This document shows positions 48,106 to 61,279 of a stretch of DNA of 64,000 nucleotides, piece by piece. A model generated the notes under the pieces. It was not told where the DNA came from, searched no databases, and was given only the letters and a program-made list of their open reading frames with translations. Within the stretch, counting starts at the first letter, position 1. Every line of letters starts with the position of its first letter. This stretch comes from Torpedo marmorata (taxonomy: Eukaryota), in NCBI GenBank assembly GCA_977017645.1, contig OZ360239.1, positions 42,904,001-42,968,000 on the forward strand, given 5' to 3'. The position numbers and the translations under genes were made by a program.

Positions 48106-51100
48106 TGTTATGGACCATGACTGACCATTTGGACTGCGGACGGTCAGCAGGAAGGATGAATTCTTTTGGAGTATACACTGGGGCCAGGTACTGAAAAAGT
48201 TAACTTCCCCAGGACTTGGTGTACCCAGAGAGAGAGAGAGAGAGACAGACAGACTGTGGAATAGATACATTGTTGCACTTTTGCAAAAAGCAGGGGCAGA
48301 TCTCTGCAAAGCAGACAGTTGTGAGTTGCAAAGGCTACAGAGAACAGCCAATATCCAGGGGTGTGTGCAGTCAGAGAAAATCTGGCAAAATAGCACATGG
48401 CCTCCTGTCTCAGAGAAAAATTCTGAGAAAAGCAACTTCTGTGGAGAACAGGCGTGAGATCAGCGAGACTAGCTGTGAGATTCAAGCATACGCCTAAATC
48501 AGTGGTATACTGATCTGAAACTTGCAATCCTATGAACCTACAAGAAGGGGACGTCATCAGAGAAGAAAACAAGTATTTGTAAGCATAATCAGTCATTTGT
48601 CTCTCTCCAACGTTCATTCAGAAGTACTTCTACCAGACCCAGAGGAAAAGTTGAAGCCTGAACTTAGAGAGTAAATTTTTGGACTGTTTATCTTTTTTTT
48701 TGACTGACTTGTTGTTTTATGACTGACCTGGGGTTTTTGGGGAAAGTTTTTTCCATTTTTTCATAAGGGTTGGGCACAGACTGTAATGGTCTGGGCTTTA
48801 CACACACACACATACACCTTTTAGATAAGAATAGAGTTTATAGACGTTTATAGTGGGGTTAATTGTTGGGAAATTATATGTTTACTTGTGTTTAATAAAT
48901 AATAATTTCAATTTTGACCCCTTTTGCATTGCGTCTTCTGTCGTTGCTGGTTTGATTCTGTAACAAAATTGGGGGCTCGTTGCGGGATTTGAATCAAAAT
49001 CCATCTTGGTAATTGAAGGAATCCCAGTTTGGTTTAAGACATTCCTTTTTGGTAAAGCTAATTAAAAGCTAGTGTGTGTGTAACAAAAAACCAGCAACAA
49101 TGGATGTAGAACATTTTTTGGAATCACCTGAACCTGATACTTTAAAAAAGGCGAAAAAGGAACAGTTAGTGGCTATAGCAACAGAGTTGGGCATTGCTTC
49201 TGTAAAGCCATCTATGAAAAAGGCAGAGATTGGGAGAAAAATTGTCAAGTACTATATAAAAGAAAAAAAATTGGAGGAGAGCGTGTTAGAGCAGTTTCCC
49301 AAGGGTAAACCTTCTGAAAACATACAGTTGGAATTAAAGAAATTGGAATTGGAGGCAGCCAGAGAACAAAAGAAATTAGAATTAGAATTGGAACTGGAAC
49401 GAAAGAGATTAGACTGAGAGAACGATGAGAGAAATAGGAAATATGAGTTGGAAAAGATGAGGTTGGAAAATGAGAGGAGACAAGAAGAGCACCAAAATCA
49501 AATTCGTCATCCTGCTGAGGGGTTTTTGGCTAGTAGGGAAGTTAGGTTGGTTCCTCCATTTGAGGAGGCAGAAATAGATAAGTACTTCCAACATTTTGAG
49601 AAGGTGGCTGTGAAATTAAAATGGCCACAAGACCAATGGTCTCTTATGTTGCAAAGTGTGATAAAAGGAAAAGCTCAGCAAGCTTATTCTACTCTTACCA
49701 CAGAACAAGCTGCTGATTATGAAACGGTGAAGAAGGCTATACTCCAGGCTTATGAGTTAGTTCCAGAGGCTTATAGACAGAAGTTTAGAAATCTAAAAAG
49801 ATCAGCAACCCAATCTTATACAGAGTTTGCCTATGAAAAAGTTGTGTGTTTTGACAGGTGGTGCACATCTAAGGAAGTAAACAATGATTACAATCAATTG
49901 AGAGAATTGATAATAATCGAGGAGATAAAAAGGTGTGTTCCTGAGGATATTAAGGTATACTTAGATGAAAAGGAGGTGAAAACTTGGCGAGATTCAGCTA
50001 AGTTGGCAGATGGATATGCTTTAACCCACAAGCCTAAGTGGACGTCAGGTAGAATTTTCCAAAAGGTCACGGTGGATAATCAGAAGCAAGTGGAAAGTAA
50101 ATTTGGAAGTGGTGTTAAGGAAAGGGATGAAGGAAAGTGGAAAAGGGAAATCAATTCGGGTCCCATTTGCCACTACTGTAGGAAGGAAGGTCATATAATA
50201 GCAAGCTGTCCAGTGTTGAAAAAGAAGAGAGAAAAGGATGCAACACCTAATGCTTGTATTCAGAGTGAGAAGATGCATAACACCCAGGAAGGAGATAAAT
50301 GTACTGACCAAGTTAAAGATGTATTTAAACCTTTTGTGACTGATGGTTTTGTTTCAGTTAAGGCAGGATCAAAACAAGTGCCAGTGAAAATCTTGCGAGA
50401 TACTGCAGCTGCTCAGTCACTTGTGTTAGATAGTGTCTTGGAATTTTGTGAAGCTACTGACACCGGTGACATAAATTTAATTAAAGGAATTGGTGGTGAT
50501 GTTGAGTCCATTCCTTTGCACAAAATAGTATTGGACTCAAACTTGGTGGAAGGACCAGTTATAATAGGAGTGAGATCAGAGTTGCCAGTAGATGGAGTCT
50601 CACTGTTGTTAGGCAATGACTTGGCCAAGGGTAAAGTAATTCCTGCAGTGCAAATGACCACTAAGCCAGTCATTGATAAGTCAGAGAAAGACTCTGATAT
50701 TTATCCAGCATGTGCCATAACCAGGGCCATGTCTAAGAAAAATGTCACTGTAGAGAAGGCAGTGGAAAATAACTTGGTAAAAGAAAAAGAAACTGATAAT
50801 CAAGAAAACCTGGAAAAGGTTGAGCAATCTCCTATGTTACACCCATCCACTGATAAGACACCTAAAGGCACAGATTTGTCACTATCCCGACAGGAGTTAA
50901 TAGCAAGGCAAAAAGACGATCCGGATCTTGCTGAGGTGAGGGATAAGGTTCTCTCTGAAGAAGAGATTAAAAAGGTGCCAGTAGGGTATTATGAAAAAGA
51001 TGGGGTGTTGATGAGAAAGTGGAGACCACGTGATGTTCCTGCCAATGAAGAATGGGCAGTAGTGCAGCAGGTTGTGATCCCTAAAGTATATAGGGATGAA

Positions 51101-53910
51101 ATAATAACTTTGGCTCATAGTACACCCTTAGGTGGTCACCTTGGGGTGAAGAAAACTATAAGTAAGATAATGAAACAGTTTTATTGGCCCAGTTTGAGAA
51201 GGGAGGTTGTAAGCTTTTGCCGGGCCTGTCACACTTGTCAGGTGGTGGGTAAACCTAATCAGGGTCCCCCGGTGGCACCCTTTCAACCTATCCCTGCGTT
51301 TAGTGAGCCTTTCTCGAGAGTAATTGTGGACTGTGTTGGCCCATTGCCCAAAACCAAAGCGGGGAATGAATATTTGTTAACAATTATGTGTGTAGCCAGC
51401 AGATTTCCAGAGGCCATTCCTCTGAGAAACATAAAAGCAAAGTCAATTGTAAAGGCTATGGTAAAGTTTTTCACCTTGGTAGGTTTGCCAAGGGAAATTC
51501 AATCAGATCAGGGCAGTAATTTCATGTCAGGCGTTTTCCAACAAGTGGTTGATGGACTAGGAGTTAAACAGATTGTATCCTCTGCGTACCATCCAGAAAG
51601 TCAAGGGGCCTTGGAGAGGTTCCATTCGACTTTGAAAACCATGATTAGAACCTATTGTTGTGAGAAGGAAAAGGATTGGGATGAGGGGGTTCATTTGTTG
51701 TTATTTGCAGCGAGGGAGTCTGTCCACGATTCGCTTGGTTTTAGTCCATTTGAGTTAGTTTTCGGACATGAGGTGAGAGGTCCTTTAAGATTATTAAAAG
51801 AACAGTGGATTAATCGTGATGTGCATTTAGATCTGTTAGATTATGTTTCCAAATTTAAAGATCGATTACATAGGGCTTGTGAGATGGCAAAGGAGAATTT
51901 AAAGGCCACTCAACAGAGAATGAAGGTTTGGTATGATCGAAAGGCAAAGATGAGAACTTTTAAACCTGGTGAGAACGTATTAGTTCTGTTTCCCATCCAT
52001 TCAAATCATCTTAGGGCTAGATTTTCAGGACCCTATAGAGTTAAGTCAAAAATTAATGATGTCACCTATGTCATAGAAACACCTAATCGCAGACGAGACA
52101 CACAGGTCTGTCATGTGAATATGATTAAGCCATATTTTGAACAGGTGCCTCACAAAGGGACTGAAAATTTACCAGAGGTACTGGTTATTGACAGGGGTAA
52201 GGAGGAGACAGATAAAACCAGTTTCAGAGAGGGTCATGGGACTGTTAATTCTTGGAGTTATGTTGTAGGACAGGGGAAGTTGGCGCCAGTAGAGGCAAAG
52301 GTTGTCGCTATTTCCGAGTTCCCTGTTCCAACTGGTAAGAAAACTCTGAGGAGGTTCCTGGGAATGATTGGCTACTACCGCAAGTTCTGTAAAAACTTTG
52401 CTGATCTTGCGCTCCCTCTCACAAATTTGCTTAGAAAGAAAGAGAAATTTGTATGGTCTACAGGTTGTCAGGAAGCATTTGTCAAATTGAAAGCCATGTT
52501 ATGCCACCAACCTGTGCTTAAGTCACCTAATTTAGAACAGTCGTTTTCTTTAGCCGTGGATGCGAGCGATGAAGCTGTGGGTGCGGTGCTGTTACAGAAG
52601 AAGAACGAAGAGGACATTGAACATCCGGTATCCTACTTCTCAAAGAAGTTCAATGATCATCAAAGGAATTATTCAACTATAGAGAAAGAGTTGTTGGCTC
52701 TTGTATTGGCTCTACAACATTTTGATGTGTATATCTGTACAGCTCAAAAACCACTCATAGTGTATACTGACCATAATCCATTGGTTTTTCTTTGTAAAAT
52801 GAAAAATAAGAATCGACGGTTGTTGAATTGGAGTCTAATTTTGCAAGAATATAATTTGGTAATCACTCATATAAAAGGGAGAGATAATGTAATTGCTGAT
52901 TGTCTTTCTAGATGTTAAACTTTATTAATGAAAATAGTTCATATTTTGTATTTGTGGATAAACATTGTAGATTTTGTTTATATTCTGACACCTCACTTAC
53001 TTTCCTAAATTTTGTTCTTGCAGACCAAAATTTCCTTTGAGGGAGGGAAGTGTTATGGACCATGACTGACCATTTGGACTGCGGACGGTCAGCAGGAAGG
53101 ATGAATTCTTTTGGAGTATACACTGGGGCCAGGTACTGAAAAGGTTAACTTCCCCAGGACTTGGTGTACCCAGAGAGAGAGAGAGAGAGACAGACAGACT
53201 GTGGAATAGATACATTGTTGCACTTTTGCAAAAAGCAGGGGCAGATCTCTGCAAAGCAGACAGTTGTGAGTTGCAAAGGCTACAGAGAACAGCCAATATC
53301 CAGGGGTGTGTGCAGTCAGAGAAAATCTGGCAAAATAGCACATGGCCTCCTGTCTCAGATAAAAATTCTGAGAAAAGCAACTTCTGTGGAGAACAGGCGT
53401 GAGATCAGCGAGACTAGCTGTGAGATTCAAGCATACGCCTAAATCAGTGGTATACTGATCTGGAACTTGCAATCCTATGAACCTACAAGAAGGGGACGTC
53501 ATCAGAGAAGAAAACAAGTATTTGTAAGCATAATCAGTCATTTGTCTCTCTCCAACGTTCATTCAGAAGTACTTCTACCAGACCCAGAGGAAAAGTTGAA
53601 GCCTGAACTTAGAGAGTAAATTTTTGGACTGTTTATCTTTTTTTTTGACTGACTTGTTGTTTTATGACTGACCTGGGGTTTTTGGGGAAAGTTTTTTCCA
53701 TTTTTTCATAAGGGTTGGGCACAGACTGTAATGGTCTGGGCTTTACACACACACACATACACCTTTTAGATAAGAATAGAGTTTATAGACGTTTATAGTG
53801 GGGTTAATTGTTGGGAAATTATATGTTTACTTGTGTTTAATAAATAATAATTTCAATTTTGACCCCTTTTGCATTGCGTCTTCTGTCGTTGCTGGTTTGA
53901 TTCTGTAACA
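48106..53910 (+). mobile_element. Gmr1-like Ty3/Gypsy LTR retrotransposon lacking the RT core; very recent insertion
   Basis: 860-bp LTRs 48106-48965 and 53051-53910 (TG..CA, 3 substitutions seen); 4-bp TSD ctcc; tRNA-Pro-type PBS tgggggctcgt at 48970; PPT gagggagggaag. Confidence 0.94.
49100..52918 (+). CDS. Gag-protease-integrase-RNase H polyprotein, one in-frame TGA at 49415-49417, no YxDD RT core
   Basis: SCAN-like capsid YELVPEAYRQKFR, CCHC, LRDTAA, H..GH..CxxC, DCVG/SDQG/ERFH, GPY, then FLGMIGYY, DASD, EKE, TDH, ADCLSR. Confidence 0.9.
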
Positions 53911-55374
53911 CTCCCAAGAACTTAAATTTGCTCACCCTCTCCACCTCTGATCCCCCAATGATAACTGGATTGTATACCTCTGGCTTTCCCTTCCTGAAGT
54001 CAACAATCAGCTCCTTAGTTTTGGTGACATTGAGTTCAGGGCAGTTGGCGCACCATTCAGCCAAGTTTTCAATCTCCCTCCCTCCTCTATGCTGACTCAT
54101 CCCCTTCCTTTATACAACCCACTACCGTGGTATCGTCGGAAAATTTGTAGATGGTGTTATTGTCGTACCGAGCTACACAATCGTAGGTATAAAGTGAGTA
54201 GAGCAGGGGGCTAAGAACCCTGGTGCTCCAGTACTGATGGAGATTGTGGAGGAGAAGTTCTTACCAATCTTCACTGATTGTGGTCTGGAGGGGAGGAAAT
54301 CCATGATCCAATTACACAGTGGGGTGTTAACTCCCAGGTCTTGAAGTTTTCTGATCAGTTTTGAGGGGATGATGGTGTTAAATGCCGAACTGTTGTCGAT
54401 AAAGAGCATCCTGATGTATGCATCTTTGCTGTCCAGGTGTTCCAGGGCTTTGTGTAGAGCCAGTGAGATGGCAACCACCGTAGACCTGTTACTATGATAG
54501 GTGAACTGGAATGGATCCATGTCACCGCTCAGACAGGAGCTGATATGTTTCATCACCAGCCTTTCAAAACACTTCATCACTGTTAATGTAAGTGCTACTG
54601 GTCGATAGAAGAGATAGAAGAGGGCTTCACTCACAATACAAGGTGGGCAATGTAACAAAGGTGGAAAAAAGCATTCTTGATGGTGACATGAAAGAAAAAT
54701 CTAAGCTTATCTCACGGGCAAATACAGCACAAAAGTTACAAACATTCTAGTTACTTCCAAGTGGGGAAATTGAACTGGTGAATATCCAAATTACTCTCAA
54801 GAGGTCATCAGCTCATTAAAATATTTTAATGATGACCACATATTTTAATTTCTCTTTCTGCTTTAGTTTAACTTGCAAGAAATAACCTTTCACATTGATA
54901 ACGTAATACTCATGGCTTTATGGCTTTCAGGATGATCAGAATTCCATCTGAATTCCTTTGTGAAAGTCCTGCCTCAGTAAATATTCTGAATACAAATCAA
55001 TCATATTATTTAATTGAAAATAAAAATGTCATTCCCTTTTAACCTAGACAATGAAATATATATGCATGTACAGGCAAAAAAAAAGGGATTTCTTTTTTAT
55101 AAATTATTTTATTTAAACTTTTAAATCACAAAATACATGAGATAAAATATAAAATTATCAAAATACATGTGATATATTTTCACCCCCCCACCCTCCCTCC
55201 CCTCCCCAACCCCCCATCCCCACTAATCTAATAAAAAATAAAAATAAAAATTAAAGTAAAATAGAAAAAAGAAAGAAAAGAATAGAAAGAAAAGAATAGA
55301 ATGAGGGGAATACCTTCTAAACTAATTCTATTATGGAGGTCAAGTATGCCAGCAGATCTGATATCTAGAGATCT

Positions 55375-58300
55375 TCAAATCCTTAAACCCACAGCTCTCA
55401 TATATGGGCTCCAAATTTTCAAGAAAAAATGATATTTATTACGTAAATTATAAGTAATTTTTTCCAGTGGTATACACGAACGGAGTTCTACGTGCCATCT
55501 TTCTAATCCTAAATCTAAATCAGATTTCCAAGTAATAGCAATGCATTTTTTTGAAACAGCGAAAGCAATTCGCAAAAATTCTACTTGAAACATATTTAAT
55601 TTCTTTTTAATACTAAATTTTTTAATATCTCCAAATAAAAATAACATAGGATCCATTGGAAATGCAATATTAAATACTTTATCTAAAAATTTTTTAACTT
55701 TCAACCAAAAATCTTGAATTTTTGGACAAAACCATGTAGAATGAACAAAAGAACCTTCCTCTCTATTGCATCTAAAATATAAGCCTGATAATCTCGGATT
55801 AAATTTCTTTAATTTTTTAGGTGTTAAATATACCGGTAATTGATGAAAAAAATTATATTGTACTAATCTATATCTAACATTGATAATCTTCGTCATACTT
55901 AATTTACATAAATCTTTCCAATGATTTTCATCTATATTTACATTTAAATCTAATTCCCATTTTAATCTTGATTTATGCAATCCTATTTTAGGCATTTTCC
56001 TCTGAAACAATTTATACATTTGAGAAATGAATTTATTAACATCTCCATTAGTAACTAATAATTCTAATTCATTTTGTCTCGGTAAAATCAAAGCATAACC
56101 TAATTTCTCAGTCAAAAAAGCTTTAACTTGATAATAAGCTAAAAATGTATTATCTGGTATATTAAATTTATCTTTCATTCTTTGAAACGTAATAAATTTT
56201 CCAGCTTCAAAACAATCATTAATCTTCTTAATACCTTTTTGAAACCAAATTTTAAGTAACTGATTATTAACAGTAAATGATATAAGTCCATTTTGATATA
56301 ATGGCATATTTGAAGAAATTAATCCTCTTCCACCTATCTCTTTATCCATCTTACCCCATATTTCTAACAAATGTTTAATAATCGGTGAATTTTTCTTTTT
56401 TAATAATATTAATTTAGAATCCCATTTATAAATAATTTCTTCTTTAAGATTTTCTCCTATATTATTTAATTCTATTTTAATCCAAGCAGATGATTTAGTT
56501 GAATCAAAAAATTCATTGACAAATTTTAATTGAGCTGCTTTATAATAATTTTGAAAATTAGGAAGTTGCAATCCACCCATCTCATAATTCCAGGTTACCT
56601 TTTCCATACTTACTCTTGCTAACTTTCCTTTCCATAAAAATTTCCTAATAATAAAATTTAAATCTTTAAAAATTTTTTGTGGAATTCCAAAAGGAATTGA
56701 TTGAAAAAGATACTGAACTCTTGGAAAAATATTCATTTTAATACAATTTACCCTTCCCATTAAAGTTATGGGTAAATCTTTCCAATTCTCTAAATCTTTC
56801 TTTATTTTCACAAATAATGGTAGATAATTTAATTTATATAAATTTTCCAATTTTGTATCAACCTTAACCCCCAAATATTTAATTCCTTCTTTAGCCCATT
56901 TAAATTGTGTAATTTCTTTACATCTAGTATAATCACCTTGAGATAAAGCCATTATTTCACTTTTAACCGAATTAATTTTATATCCAGATATTTCACCATA
57001 TTCTCTTAATATAATAGATAGTTGTTGAAGTGATATAATAGATTTTGTCATATATATCAATACATCATCTGCAAACAAACTAATCTTATGTTCTTCCATA
57101 CCAACTTTAATACCCACTATCTTAGGATCTTTTCTAACTAATTCAGCCGAGGGTTCTATCGCCAAAACAAATAAAGCTGGTGACAGGGGACATCCCTGTC
57201 TCGTAGAACGTGTCAAAGAAAATTTTGGCGATATTTGTCCATTTGTAATTACTTTAGCTGATGGTTCTTTATATATAGTTTTAATCAAATTTATAAATGT
57301 ATTTCCAAAACCAAATTTTTCTAATACCTTAAATAAAAAATTCAATTCTAATCTATCAAAAGCCTTTTCAGCGTCTAATGTTACAACTAATGGTAAATCT
57401 TGTTTCTTTTTATGCAAACTAATTAAACTAATTAATCTAGCTATATTATCCTTTGAATATCTATTTTTAATAAAACCAGCTTGGTCTATATGTATCAAAT
57501 CTGGCAAATATTTAGCCATTCTGTTTGCTAAAATTTTGCCATTATTTTATAATCTACATTTAATAATGAAATAGGTCTATATGATTCAGTTTTTAATACA
57601 TCTCTATCCTTCTTTGGTATAACTGTAATTATAGCATTTAAGAATGTTTTCGGTAATGAATGAGTTTCCGTAATTTGATCTAGTACTTCCATATATGGAG
57701 GTATTAATAAATCTTTAAATTCTTTATAAAATTCTGATGGAAACCCGTCATCACCCGAAGATTTACCACTCTTCAGCGAGGAAAAAACTTCACTAACTTC
57801 CCTCATTGTGAAAGGCAAATCTAAAGAGTCTCTACTCCGAATATTCAATTTAGGTAATATGATTTTAGATAGGAATCTATTAATTTTAGAATCATCTTGG
57901 TCGATCTGCGATTTATATAAATTCTGATAATAATCTTTAAAAGATTCATTTATCTCTTGAGGTTTATAAGTTATTTCTCCAGTATTTTTCTTCCTTATAG
58001 CATTTATAGTTTTAGAAACTTGTTTTTTTTTCAATTGACATGCCAAAACTTTATGTGCTCTTTCTCCTAATTCATAATATCTTTGTTTAGTTTTCTCAAT
58101 TAATTTTTCCATTTTATATGTTTGTAACAAATTATAATGTAGTTTCTTCCCTATTAAACAATTTCTTTTTTGAATTGATCTATTTCTCTGTAAGTCCTTC
58201 TCCATAAGTTCAATTTCCTTCTCAAGTTTTTCTGATTCCTTAAGATAATCTTTCTTAATTTTAACTGAATAGCTTATTATTAGACCCCTTAAATAAGCTT

Positions 58301-59171
58301 TTAAAGCTTCCCACACTGTAAATTTATCATTAATAGAATTAACATTTATTCGTAAAAATTCCTGAATTTCTCTTCTTATATATTCACAAAAATCTTTCCT
58401 TTTTAATAACGACGAATCAAATCTCCAATTATATATAGTTTTTTCTTTTTCCGGAATTATACAAGACAATAACAAAGGTGAATGATCAGAGATTACTCTC
58501 GCTTTATAGGATGCTTGCGTTATTCTATCTTGAACCTGTGATGATAATAGAAATAAGTCTATCCTAGAGTATGAATCATGTCTAAAAGAATAAAATGAAT
58601 AATCTTTCTCCCTAGGGTTCAATCTCCTCCAAATGTCTATTAAATTTAAATCTTTCATCAAATTAAGAACTATTTTAACAATTTTAGCTCTAACAGGTGA
58701 TCTTGAGGTTTTATCCATTATTGAATCTAAACAACAATTAAAATCTCCCCCAATTAAAATATTCTCATTAGCATCTGACAAATGCAAAAAGGCATCTTGA
58801 ATAAACAGCTCATCATCTGGATTTGACACATATAAATTCATAAGTGTCCAAGATTCTGAATAAATTTGACAATGTATCAAAACATATCTTCCTGCTACAT
58901 CTGTAACTACCGATTGTATCTTAAAAGGTAATTTTTTATTAATTAATATAGCTACGCCTCTTGCTTTAGAATTAAATGAAGAAGCCACCACATGACCAAC
59001 CCACTCTCTTTTTAATTTTTGATGTTCCAGGTCTATCAAATGAGTCTCTTGTAAGAAAGCTATATCTACCCTCAACTTTTTAATATATGCTAAAGTTCTT
59101 TTTCTCTTAATCGGATTATTAAGCCCATTTATATTAATACTTACTAAATTTATACTCTTACTATCCATCAT
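55375..59171 (-). pseudogene. L1 ORF2p (APE + RT + Cys-rich), single 1-nt frameshift near 57530
   Basis: LQETH, GGDFN, SDH, YRPISLLN, DAEKAFD, RQGCPLSP, FADD; ORFs 57528-59171 and 55375-57519. Confidence 0.92.
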
Positions 59172-59460
59172 AATCTAATTGTAACAAATCTCTTTCAATC
59201 AAATCTACTAGCTTTCCCCTCCTAAATTGTAAACTACTTGATATCCCCTCAAGTAAAGTAAAAGATAGAAAGAAAAGAAAGAAAAACGAAAACCCCCGCA
59301 TATAAAATACTGGCCTTTTTATCCCAGTATTACCCCCCTCCATTGTTCGAGAAGTGGCTCTCACCACTAAGGTGGTGTACGGCTAGGAAGAAGAGACAAA
59401 AAGTCCACCTCCCCCCAACAGATTAACGTAAACTTATACATCATATCTTCAATTAACTGA

Positions 59461-60843
59461 TCAAATGTCCAAATCTTCTTGTTCTTCCTCAGTCTGAACT
59501 CGAACCCTCTCCTCTCTTGGCAAAGAACTTGGTGAAGGAGCTTGTATTGGTTGATTTTCTTGATCTTGCTGACGATTATTCATTCCAAAATTTTTTGTCA
59601 AATATGGAAGAGTTTGTGCATGCTTATAAGCTTGTTGAGGATCCATAAACAGAATGAAGTCATTTCCATTACTTTGAACTCTCAAAGCCGCAGGATATTT
59701 AAACGAAAATTTATATCCTTTCTGCCAAAGTAATGCTTTTGTTGGATTGAATTCTTTACGACTCTTAACTACCGCTGGACTTAAATCTGGATAAAAAAGC
59801 ACTTTATTTCCATCCATCATCATTGGAGCTCTATTATCTCTCGCCTTCTGAATCGCTGCTCTTAATATTTTTTCTCTATCTTGATATCTAAGACATTTCA
59901 TCAATACAGGACGTGGTCTCCGATCCATCTGATTTTGTCTCCCAATTCTATGTGCTCTTTCCAGCTCCACTGGTTTGTCAAAAGCAAAAGTTTGCATAAG
60001 CCAATCTTGAAAAAATTGAGTTGCATCTAGTGTTTCAGTATCTTCAGGCAATCCCAGTATTTTAACATTATTTCTTCGGCTTTGATTTTCCAATTGATCC
60101 ATTTTTTGCATCAATTGATTTCTTTGTAATTCCCATCCTATAAATGAATCATCTATTTTATCAACTCTTTCTCTATAGTCCGTAAATTCATCATAATTAA
60201 TCTTAACATCATCTTCAACTTTTTGAACTCTATTTTCCATTTTACTCACAGTATTTTCCAATCTCTTAATATTCTGCTTCACCTCTTTAAATTCTTGCTG
60301 CATATTAACTTCTAATCTTGAAATGACCTGTAATATTTGCTGTTGATTTTCTTTAATAGACCAATATACTGTAGTAGGGTCTTCTGGATAAGCTTCATAT
60401 TCTTCAACTTCTAACTCTGAAGTCTGCTGGATATCCTTATCCTTGCCCTCTGAATCCGACGATGTATCCTGCTCCCCAGCATATAGTGATGTCTGGGGAG
60501 CATCTCTTCTCCTACTGAACTCCTCTGATAATGCCCGCTGTGATTCGCGTATTCGTGTCGTTTCGCGCATGCGCGTTGCTTCCAACGGGACTCTTGTAGT
60601 TTTTCTCCGAGCGCCGGCGGCATCTTCCCCAGCTCCCTGAAAAGACAGCACCGGCGCAACAGACTCACCAGACGACCTTCCGCGCTGCAACTTCGGCAAG
60701 GGCATTACGACAGCTCCAGGCTCCAGCAGACAGGTAGGCCGCTTTTCCTCTTGTATGAAAGTTGATTGAATCATTGCTTTCCTTGCTTTCTGTTCCTTTG
60801 ATTTTTTAGAGGCCATTGTTAAGGAACTAATAATAATTTTCAA
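59461..60843 (-). CDS. L1 ORF1p (coiled coil, RRM, CTD), open
   Basis: LENQSRRNNVKILGLPE, ERAHR, YPDLS, YPA motifs; probable start MASKK. Confidence 0.9.
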   Translation of the reverse strand: MKIIISSLTMASKKSKEQKARKAMIQSTFIQEEKRPTCLLEPGAVVMPLPKLQRGRSSGESVAPVLSFQGAGEDAAGARRKTTRVPLEATRMRETTRIRESQRALSEEFSRRRDAPQTSLYAGEQDTSSDSEGKDKDIQQTSELEVEEYEAYPEDPTTVYWSIKENQQQILQVISRLEVNMQQEFKEVKQNIKRLENTVSKMENRVQKVEDDVKINYDEFTDYRERVDKIDDSFIGWELQRNQLMQKMDQLENQSRRNNVKILGLPEDTETLDATQFFQDWLMQTFAFDKPVELERAHRIGRQNQMDRRPRPVLMKCLRYQDREKILRAAIQKARDNRAPMMMDGNKVLFYPDLSPAVVKSRKEFNPTKALLWQKGYKFSFKYPAALRVQSNGNDFILFMDPQQAYKHAQTLPYLTKNFGMNNRQQDQENQPIQAPSPSSLPREERVRVQTEEEQEDLDI

Positions 60844-61279
60844 GCTGTTTAAAAACTTTTAAAGTTAATTAAAAAGGCTTCTTGGTCTAATCTGTGGGGA
60901 GAGGTGTATTTTCACGTCTTCCACCTACGCCATCACGCCACGCCCCCCCAGGGATTTCTTGTTGCATTTTCAGTTTGGGCTATTATGGATGCATAGATCA
61001 GATACTACTCTTTTTCAGATGGGAGTGACAATGTGCAAATTAACACCTGTGCACCTATAGAGGACCCTGTGATCAATAGGCAGAGACTGCTGTAAGCCAG
61101 TGGGCCTTAAAGGGACTGCTGCAAGTTACTCAAAATCCAGATTTAAGTGTTCTTCTTAAATCTTCTCATCCACTACAAGCCCAACTATATCTCTCTTGTG
61201 TAACTGCCTCTGACTTTAGAATCCCACTGTCAGCTTGCCTCAGTTGGTTTTAGATGACCATTCTGATAGTTAAGCTCCC

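Larger units (their letters stand above)
47406..54607 (-). mobile_element. Rex1/Babar family B fragment split by the Gmr1-like element
   Basis: RT reads FKFLG|VTISE across 53911/48105; ORF 54173-54658 [15 protein letters not shown]. Confidence 0.88.
55095..60949 (-). mobile_element. Full-length L1-clade LINE (5.86 kb)
   Basis: 11-bp TSD agggatttctt (55084-55094, 60950-60960); G-run 5' end; ORF1, spacer, ORF2, 3' UTR, A tail. Confidence 0.95.

Noticed and set aside
47746-48617. 157-229 aa minus ORFs duplicated at 52997-53562
   Set aside because: Chance ORFs inside the two near-identical LTRs; no env-like or other motif.
54914-54985. Extra minus-strand exon IFTEAGLSQRNSDGILIILKAIK
   Set aside because: Plausible acceptor but the donor reads atgagt and the phase does not fit; left out of the chain.
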